From positions 32,001-96,000 of the IMG/VR virus record IMGVR_UViG_3300020061_000004: a stretch of DNA of 64,000 nt; one strand, written 5' to 3'. Positions 57,314 through 64,000 of this stretch are shown one piece after another. The notes under the pieces were generated by a model. It ran no database searches. It was not told the DNA's origin and saw nothing but the letters and a program-made list of their open reading frames with translations. Positions within the stretch are counted from its first letter, which is position 1. Each line of letters starts with the position of its first letter. Source of the DNA: a virus. The translations under genes were made by a program, and so were the position numbers.

Positions 57314-57504
57314 TGTCACGTAAGACAAAACTCATCGCAGCAGCAGTAATCATCATTGCAATACTTTTTACAATGGCTTCCTGCTCTAAAAAGACTTCAA
57401 GACCCAATGTGGGTACAACAACAATATTGGTACGAATACAGGCAATAAACTCTGTGGATACTAGCTCTGCTGGTTATTCTACGCAGGCAGCCTTTAAGTA
57501 CTAA
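57313..57504 (+). CDS. Small lipoprotein
   Basis: Lipobox TMAS-C; followed by a terminator at about 57521-57554. Confidence 0.65.
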   Translation: MSRKTKLIAAAVIIIAILFTMASCSKKTSRPNVGTTTILVRIQAINSVDTSSAGYSTQAAFKY

Positions 57505-57663
57505 TGACGGCAAACTACCGGGGGAGTGGTATCAATGACCACTCCCTTTTATTTCTGTCAAAGATATTTTGTTCATTGCGTAACAAAGTGTAAGTGTAAT
57601 TGTCATACAAGCTGGATGTTTCTACATCCGGCTTATTTTTAATTTCATTAAACATTATTTTAT

Positions 57664-58266
57664 ATGAAGGTAGAAATATCACTTCTGTCATGGCATGTTA
57701 AGGTATATAAATGGTTTTACCATACACATTCTGTGCCAGTATCTCTTTGTAAGTATTTTTGGAAAACAGCTTTTGCTACAATCATAGCGCCTTTTCTGCT
57801 ACTGCTATCATTACCAAACTTTGTAATAATACATTATTTCAAAGGATGGAGATGGTTTATTCATCAGGTAGATAGAGTATCTCCTAAGCATTTTGCTTTT
57901 GCTGGTGCTTTATTGTATGGTGCAGCGTGGATATTTACACACACTATCTTTTTCATTCTGGCTCTCATTCAGCATCATCATATCACCACCAATCAGACAG
58001 TATCTTTTGCAATGACTGTAGTATCTACTATTATGATAATAGTAATATTTGTAGCTAATAAGTTTTATAATTATAAAACTGATCAAGAAAATCGGCTTTA
58101 TACTCAATTTCGCCGTGCAAATCCTGAATTGGGATGGAGAGAATTCTATGAAGAATCCAAAAAGCGCAAATGGTATAGGAGATTTAATCTTCCCAATTCG
58201 CTACTTGTTAAAGCCATTATAGCATGGTATAACAAAAGTTGCCCTATTATTGAGTGGACACGTTAA
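57664..58266 (+). CDS. Multi-TM membrane protein
   Basis: 200 aa. SLCKYFW N-terminal and KSCPIIEW C-terminal segments; three hydrophobic helices. Confidence 0.7.
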   Translation: MKVEISLLSWHVKVYKWFYHTHSVPVSLCKYFWKTAFATIIAPFLLLLSLPNFVIIHYFKGWRWFIHQVDRVSPKHFAFAGALLYGAAWIFTHTIFFILALIQHHHITTNQTVSFAMTVVSTIMIIVIFVANKFYNYKTDQENRLYTQFRRANPELGWREFYEESKKRKWYRRFNLPNSLLVKAIIAWYNKSCPIIEWTR

Positions 58267-58481
58267 CTCTGCCCTAAGAATATAGGCGGTTCCTATTAAC
58301 TAAGTGGGTGATAACCAAAGATTACAAGATGTAGGTCTTCTTATAATCCTAATAATACACCTTCTGAATACTCATAGTGTAGAAGACCACAGCTATTGTG
58401 AGAGCTAAGATGCCGATAGTGATACGGCTTTAATGCTGGGAATACCTTCGAGAAGTGGGCAACGGGGAAACTTCTCATTTT

Positions 58482-58898
58482 TGATACTCAGGTTATATTC
58501 AATAGGCTGCATGTATAAGGCGTCAGTTCATGAGCTGTTTATACTTGCAGGGAAATAGTACTAACCAAGTGCCGGATATACTATCAGTTATATACTGTAT
58601 AATCTGGGTATCATTAACTTATTAAAGATTATATAGTATCATTCTGTTGGATTCAGATAAGCTCAGGTAAACAGATAACGCTGGCCTTTCTTTCAAGGGC
58701 TATATAATCTTTAACTTCTTAAGCTCCTATACACCTTATTGATATATTAAGCCCATAGCATGAGGATGGTCAGGCTAAGCACATACAACGCTTGAATAGG
58801 TAAATGGGACATGTAATCAAGTTGTGATAGTTACATGTTGGGTAGTGCTTAGGATGGATTAATAAGTGAGGCCAGATTGCCCTCTGTATAGGAGCTTA
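58482..58898 (+). ncRNA. Three tandem stem-closed structured RNA candidates
   Basis: Terminal stems of 16, 15 and 14 bp in a 650-nt gene-free gap; strand inferred from G-U pairs and flanking genes. Confidence 0.5.
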
Positions 58899-58915
58899 TT
58901 TTAAACTTTATTATT

Positions 58916-59161
58916 ATGAAAACAATAGATACTACAATAGGTAAAATTCCTGAAATACAGCATTTGTTTGTAAAACTAATAGCTGACAATGGCAATGGAA
59001 TCAAAGGAGATATGAATATACTCAAAGATTCTACTGAATCTAAGGATGATAAAATCATATTCATGTATCCAAATGAATATGGAGGATTTTCTCGTGGATC
59101 AATAAGTAAAGATCATGTATTATTTATTGATGGTAAAACCTTAAAAGAATTAAATTTTTAA
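58916..59161 (+). CDS. Hypothetical protein
   Basis: 81 aa. Confidence 0.6.
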   Translation: MKTIDTTIGKIPEIQHLFVKLIADNGNGIKGDMNILKDSTESKDDKIIFMYPNEYGGFSRGSISKDHVLFIDGKTLKELNF

Positions 59162-59179
59162 CTCTTTAAACCAATCGGT

Positions 59180-59467
59180 ATGGATAAAATAGACTTAGAT
59201 GCATTATTAAAAGAGTTCGTATTTGAAGATGAATATGGAGATGATTGTATTACTGTTAATACTGCCAAAGAATGTATGCGAAAACTTGTTCATCAAGCTC
59301 TTGTATTAGCTACTGAGAAAGCTCAGCTTGTTGGTACATGCGTTCATCAAGCATGGAGACCTGATGTATCTGATGATTCTGTTTATGTGGCTAATTCAAA
59401 TGGACCAGATTATATTTATAGAGTAGATAAACAATCTATTCTTGACATTGAAAAATTGATTATATGA
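59180..59467 (+). CDS. Hypothetical protein, paralog A
   Basis: Shares IDL, AKxCM and DKQSILDIxKLI with the next gene. Confidence 0.7.
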   Translation: MDKIDLDALLKEFVFEDEYGDDCITVNTAKECMRKLVHQALVLATEKAQLVGTCVHQAWRPDVSDDSVYVANSNGPDYIYRVDKQSILDIEKLII

Positions 59468-59709
59468 ATAACAAGATAGACTTAAATAGTATTATAGCTG
59501 AGGTAAATAAGCTTCCTAAATTCAATGGGGGAGTATATACTGAGGCTCAATATGCTAAAAAATGTATGGAAATAGCTATCCATAAAACTTTACTATTGGC
59601 TAGTGAGAATGCTAAAATGAAGGCACAGAAAGGTGGAGGAATTGATGATATATTCTGGGTAATAGATAAACAATCTATTCTGGACATAGATAAACTTATT
59701 GTCGATTAA
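59464..59709 (+). CDS. Hypothetical protein, paralog B
   Basis: ATGA overlap; motifs shared with the previous gene. Confidence 0.7.
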   Translation: MNNKIDLNSIIAEVNKLPKFNGGVYTEAQYAKKCMEIAIHKTLLLASENAKMKAQKGGGIDDIFWVIDKQSILDIDKLIVD

Positions 59710-60087
59710 CTTTTTAAAAAATATCAATTATGATACATTACAATTTGAGTAAAAAACAGTTAAGAGAATTGGGAAACAATCGTGTAAATGCACGTTGCCC
59801 TAATCGTCAGTCTCGCTTGACAGTAAAGGGTAAAGCGCATCTCTTTTTGAGGTTAAACCCTGTAAAAAATGTGGAATAACAAATATCGATTTGTTGATAA
59901 ACTCATTGCAGAGATGTTTGGACCAGCATTTCATAGCCCTGAGCATGATAAAGTATCATCATCAATTAAGATTACTATAGTCTTAATTGTAATGGGAATT
60001 GCTTATCTGCTTTATATCAAGTAACCATATTTAATTACAAGAAGCTCATAGTAATATGGGCTTCTTTCACATTTTAAATCACTAATT

Positions 60088-60303
60088 GTGCGTGAATTCG
60101 ATCAAGAAGAACAGGAAGAAATGGATGAGCAAATAGAAATGCTTATTCGTACCACTAAGAGTACTATTAAAGGAATGGATGAAGAATTTCATCAACTCCA
60201 AGCTGAGAATGCAATGCGTGCCTATAATGCTTACCAGAAGGTAGGATTTACTGCTCAGCATTGCTTTGATCTTGTTGTAGCTTCTATGAAAGCTATAAAA
60301 TAA
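60088..60303 (+). CDS. Hypothetical protein
   Basis: 71 aa, GTG start; YNAYQKVGFT segment. Confidence 0.6.
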   Translation: MREFDQEEQEEMDEQIEMLIRTTKSTIKGMDEEFHQLQAENAMRAYNAYQKVGFTAQHCFDLVVASMKAIK

Positions 60304-60313
60304 GCTTTAAAGT

Positions 60314-60406
60314 GGGCATGGTAGCATTGGTGGCGCTAATGTAACTCCCTCAACAGAAAAGCGCAAGCGGGATTAGATCGCTGGTTCGAAACCAGTCATG
60401 TCCCCA
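60314..60406 (+). ncRNA. tRNA-like element lacking a canonical anticodon loop
   Basis: GGGCATG/CATGTCC + CCA; T arm GCTGG TTCGAAA CCAGT. Confidence 0.6.
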
Positions 60407-60430
60407 CATTTTAATCATTAAAACAGTTTT

Positions 60431-60820
60431 ATGTATAAGAAACTTTTAATTCTTATTCCAAGTATTATTCTGTTCTTTGTAGGACTAAATCTACTTGTAA
60501 CTCTTGCGAGTATTGGAGTATGGTATTCTTATACCACTCCTATATTAGCACTCTTATTGTGCTATGGGTTTGCTAAACTCTGGCGATATACCTTTAAAAC
60601 CTGGTATGAATGGCTTGATGCTACAAGCTATAAGCGTAATGAAGCTATTAAGGAACGTATAAGAGCATCTGCCAAGCTCTTATCTACTACATCAAATCTG
60701 GAATCTGTACAAAAATTAGCTAAAATGCAAGCTAATAAAGTATGTCCTTATGGTGATTCCTCTGTTGCTCGTGTTACTATTGTCATACCTAAAATTGATA
60801 GCGATGCGAAAAGCGTATAG
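60431..60820 (+). CDS. Membrane protein
   Basis: Two N-terminal hydrophobic helices. Confidence 0.6.
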   Translation: MYKKLLILIPSIILFFVGLNLLVTLASIGVWYSYTTPILALLLCYGFAKLWRYTFKTWYEWLDATSYKRNEAIKERIRASAKLLSTTSNLESVQKLAKMQANKVCPYGDSSVARVTIVIPKIDSDAKSV

Positions 60821-61037
60821 ATTCCTCACCTATCTAAGTACATGGATTCAAAATACTGGATTCTTTGGTGATACCCCATGTGGTGGATATTTCTGTGGAA
60901 ATATTGATAGTGAACATAAATGGGGAAGTAGACATTATTGGTATTTCTTCATGGGAGTATTATTATTCCTTCTATCAATTGTAAGAGTAATAGTTTGGGC
61001 ATTTTGGTATTGGGAGCCTGATCATTTAAAAAAATAA
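60750..61037 (+). CDS. Small membrane protein
   Basis: WGSRHYWY followed by a TM helix; true start probably MRKAY (60804). Confidence 0.55.
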   Translation: MVIPLLLVLLLSYLKLIAMRKAYRFLTYLSTWIQNTGFFGDTPCGGYFCGNIDSEHKWGSRHYWYFFMGVLLFLLSIVRVIVWAFWYWEPDHLKK

Positions 61038-61046
61038 GTTTAATAC

Positions 61047-61586
61047 ATGAAAACAATTCTGTTTTTATTGATATTTATTCATCAACCATTTCATTGGGAA
61101 GATCACAAACTATCGTGGATAGATTTTGAAGGAGTATATGATAAATCAGAAGCTTCGGCTTCATCGTGTACAGAGCTTTATATGGATATGAACCTGGATT
61201 CAATCGGTGGAGTAGTATTCAATGTAAAAGCTATATTTCATCCTGAGTCATCTTTTATAGCACCTTTCTGTTCAAAGAGTAGTAGAGCGTTAAAGCATGA
61301 ACAATTACACTTCGATATTACTGAAGTATATGCAAGACAATTACGTATACTTTTAGCCCCGCTTCAACATACTCATAATCAGAATAGTGTACAGATGTCA
61401 GAATACTATTATGAATTTGTGAGTAAGCAATGGAATAATACGGAGAGAGATTACGATTGTGAAACAGATCATGCAAATAAGCTCGTAGTTCAACAGATGT
61501 GGGAGATTCGTGTAGCGAATGCTCTTATAAAACCATTAAAGTATGCAAACAAATCTAGCCCCAGACTACGTAAAGTTCGTAGATAA
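61047..61586 (+). CDS. DUF922-like zinc metallopeptidase
   Basis: KLSWIDFEG, LKHEQLHFDITEVYAR and YDCETDH. Confidence 0.75.
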   Translation: MKTILFLLIFIHQPFHWEDHKLSWIDFEGVYDKSEASASSCTELYMDMNLDSIGGVVFNVKAIFHPESSFIAPFCSKSSRALKHEQLHFDITEVYARQLRILLAPLQHTHNQNSVQMSEYYYEFVSKQWNNTERDYDCETDHANKLVVQQMWEIRVANALIKPLKYANKSSPRLRKVRR

Positions 61587-61824
61587 TGGAGAGCGAATAG
61601 ATCATCTTGTACAAGAAGTAATTGATAGAGCCCAGTATCATGCTGGATTTCTTGATTTCTTAGAGATGTTGTTAAAAGATTATGAATCTCCTTTCGAATG
61701 GCTTGACACACCAGATGGAAGAGTAAGAACATTAAAACCTCATTTCGTTAAAACAAATTCAAATGGCAATAATATTGAATCTGAGACCGGGACTGATAAC
61801 GGATCAGAATTACAAAGCCTTTAA
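61543..61824 (+). CDS. Hypothetical protein
   Basis: 93 aa overlapping its neighbours. Confidence 0.5.
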   Translation: MQTNLAPDYVKFVDNGERIDHLVQEVIDRAQYHAGFLDFLEMLLKDYESPFEWLDTPDGRVRTLKPHFVKTNSNGNNIESETGTDNGSELQSL

Positions 61825-62674
61825 GTTTCCGGGTGGTGAACTACATTTCATCTTAAGCGATTCATTCAAATATATTCTGAATGAGAGCAATGATGATATT
61901 CATGTTTATGCAGGAGTAAATTCTGCTGAGGACCTTATTCTGTTGTGTATTGCTGTAGAGACAATAGCAAAGACCTATACTAATGAAATTCATGTAGTAT
62001 TTGCTTATATGCCCTATCAGCAAGCAGATAGAGACTTCTCTGAAGGTGAAAGTTTTAGTCTTAAAACCATAACAAACATTCTTAATGGACTACCGGTACA
62101 GTCGTTCACCATTTATGATCCGCATTCTGATGTATCTCCTGCATTGCTGCGTAATTGTCAGGTTATTACTAACCATAACTACATCAAAGAAGTAGTAGAT
62201 AGTATTGTACATGAGGATTTTCAGGAGGAACTTGTTATTCTTTCTCCGGATGCTGGAGCATACAAGAAGATATTCAAACTTGCTGAAGCAATTAAGTTTG
62301 ATGGTGGGATTGAAACTGCCAATAAATATCGTGATATAAGAAGTGGAGACCTTAAAGTGAGGTTCTCCTGTGACGATTTTAATGGCAGAGATGTTCTCAT
62401 CGTTGATGACATCTGTATCGGCGGTGCTACATTTATTGCTCTTGCGGAAGAGCTTTTGGATAAGAATGTGGGAAAACTGTATTTAGCAGTATCTCATGGT
62501 ATATTCTCCAGAGGATTTGGAGAACTCGGTAACTATTTTTCGAAGATATATACTACCAATTCACGGCACTCTGAATATGGTGATCTTATTGATGATTGGA
62601 ATATTAATCATGCTCCTCGCACCAATAAATATCACACAGATGAGTTTGAGCTGGCAGTACATTCCATTATTTAA
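61763..62674 (+). CDS. prs: Ribose-phosphate pyrophosphokinase-like protein (possible ADPR-PP synthetase)
   Basis: FPGGE, YMPYQQADR, DPHS, SPDAGA, LIVDDICIGGATF and VSHGIFS. Confidence 0.85.
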   Translation: MAIILNLRPGLITDQNYKAFKFPGGELHFILSDSFKYILNESNDDIHVYAGVNSAEDLILLCIAVETIAKTYTNEIHVVFAYMPYQQADRDFSEGESFSLKTITNILNGLPVQSFTIYDPHSDVSPALLRNCQVITNHNYIKEVVDSIVHEDFQEELVILSPDAGAYKKIFKLAEAIKFDGGIETANKYRDIRSGDLKVRFSCDDFNGRDVLIVDDICIGGATFIALAEELLDKNVGKLYLAVSHGIFSRGFGELGNYFSKIYTTNSRHSEYGDLIDDWNINHAPRTNKYHTDEFELAVHSII

Positions 62675-62685
62675 AACTTTTTACA

Positions 62686-63141
62686 ATGTTTTTTTTAAAT
62701 CCGGAAAACTTCACACAGCGTCTTCGAACAGAATGGGAGACATATGGCGGGTTAATTCTTGCTGTAGACTATGATAGTACTCTTGTTCCTTATTGGCAAT
62801 ATGAGATGAAAGACTCATATGAACCCATTCAACAACTCATCAGAGAATGTAAAGAATGGGGATGTACCATTATCATCAATACGGCTGCTGCTGAGGAGAG
62901 ACATGAGAGTATTAAGCTTAAATTAGCTGAATTGAATATTCGTTGGGATTATTTCAACGAGTCTCCCTCTTATATCCCCGGCATCGGTAAAGGTGGTAAA
63001 GTATATGCCAATGTATATATTGATAACAGAGGAGGACTCTGGCAGGTATATACCACTCTTAAACAACTTCTTCTGGAGAGGCAAACTATCCTACTGAAAA
63101 AGCAGGTAAAAGCTCTTGACAGGTACATCACAAAATTATAA
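62686..63141 (+). CDS. HAD-superfamily hydrolase
   Basis: ILAVDYDSTLV (DxD) and KVYANVYIDNR. Confidence 0.75.
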   Translation: MFFLNPENFTQRLRTEWETYGGLILAVDYDSTLVPYWQYEMKDSYEPIQQLIRECKEWGCTIIINTAAAEERHESIKLKLAELNIRWDYFNESPSYIPGIGKGGKVYANVYIDNRGGLWQVYTTLKQLLLERQTILLKKQVKALDRYITKL

Positions 63142-63145
63142 AACT

Positions 63146-63637
63146 ATGGTAGAGGTACATTATCCACCCGCCAAGCCTTTTATTAACAAAAGATCATTTA
63201 AGATTTTCTTAGCTGGTACAATTGATCAGGGTAATTCCATTGATTGGCAAAAGCTAATGATTAAGGAAATTGAAAAGCACTTTCCTGAAGGTAATATTGA
63301 TATTATGAATCCCCGGCGACCTGATTGGGATTCATCATGGGAGAATGATCCTTGTCATCCTATGTTCAAAGCTCAGGTAAACTGGGAATTGGATCAATTG
63401 GATAATGCGGACTTAATCATCATGGTATTATTGGAAGAAAGTATAAGTCCTGTTTCTATGTTGGAACTTGGATATCTCAAGGATCGTAGGATGCTTGTTT
63501 TTAATCCGGAAGAGTTCCATTTATACGGAAATGTAGAAATATTCTGTCGTAGAAATAATATACCAAGCTTTCACGATTGGGATGACTATTTGATTTCTAT
63601 TAACCGTTATATTCGTACTTCACTTTTAAACTATTAA
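63146..63637 (+). CDS. Nucleoside 2-deoxyribosyltransferase-like protein
   Basis: IFLAGTID..W, NPRR, QVNWELDQL and SPVSMLELG; start set at MVEVH. Confidence 0.8.
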   Translation: MVEVHYPPAKPFINKRSFKIFLAGTIDQGNSIDWQKLMIKEIEKHFPEGNIDIMNPRRPDWDSSWENDPCHPMFKAQVNWELDQLDNADLIIMVLLEESISPVSMLELGYLKDRRMLVFNPEEFHLYGNVEIFCRRNNIPSFHDWDDYLISINRYIRTSLLNY

Positions 63638-63645
63638 AACTTACG

Positions 63646-64000
63646 ATGTCTAACGCAGCACACAAAATCGACTTTTATAAATCTGGACACAAAGTCCAGT
63701 ATCCTGAAAATACAACACTCATCTATTCCAATCTTACTCCTCGAACGAGTAGAATACCCGGAATTGATCATGTTGTGTTCTTTGGGATGCAAGCAGTTAT
63801 CCTTAAATTTCTCATTTACGATTGGAGAAAAGGATTTTTTAATCGTGATAAAGAATCTGTATTACATTCCTATAAACGTAGGCTTGATAATGCATTGGGT
63901 AAGGATGTAGTAGATATTAGCCACATAGCTGCTCTTTACGATCTGGGCTATCTTCCATTGGAAATTAAAGCCCTGCCTGAAGGAACTCTGGTGCCTATTA
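63646..64000 (+). CDS. nadV: Nicotinamide phosphoribosyltransferase-like protein (5' part, runs off window)
   Basis: Hand translation MSNAAHKIDFYKSGHKVQYP...YSNLTPR...VFFGMQ...LGYLPLEIKALPEG. Confidence 0.85.
   Translation, partial: MSNAAHKIDFYKSGHKVQYPENTTLIYSNLTPRTSRIPGIDHVVFFGMQAVILKFLIYDWRKGFFNRDKESVLHSYKRRLDNALGKDVVDISHIAALYDLGYLPLEIKALPEGTLVPI

Noticed and set aside
1-64000. Stop-codon reassignment (TAG/TGA), known in some crAss-like phages
   Set aside because: Code 11 gives full-length ORFs with dense packing, TAG and TGA end plausible genes, and no CTA/TCA-anticodon tRNA was found.

Overview
AT-rich segment of a crAss-like (Crassvirales-type) podophage of a Bacteroidota host, read in the standard code 11. 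The minus strand (1-52330) carries the virion block: giant virion RNA polymerase with DFDLD motif, cargo proteins, muzzle/ring/tail proteins, major capsid, portal and terminase. It also carries IHF-like genes, an HNH nuclease, an ATP-grasp gene and 23 tRNA genes plus one tRNA-like RNA, driven by Bacteroidota-type promoters (TTTG-N20-TAnnTTTG). The plus strand (52498-64000) holds small early-type genes, a second tRNA-like element, stem-closed ncRNA candidates and a PRS-like + NAMPT-like NAD module. Main discovery: the tRNA array is split into three operons, each built as promoter - short leader ORF - antiterminator/terminator - tRNA block. Each leader peptide is composed almost entirely of the amino acids of the tRNAs in its own block (QNWHNNTFNFQPDT; LNSYLLSLSYLSLDS; INIGGIEIIREAGRK). 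This points to ribosome-mediated attenuation that switches on phage tRNAs when the matching host tRNAs are depleted. A second promoter class (TTACA-N26-TAnATTTG) and a tRNA-Cys nested in-frame inside a CDS were also found. All calls were made by eye and no database searches were run.
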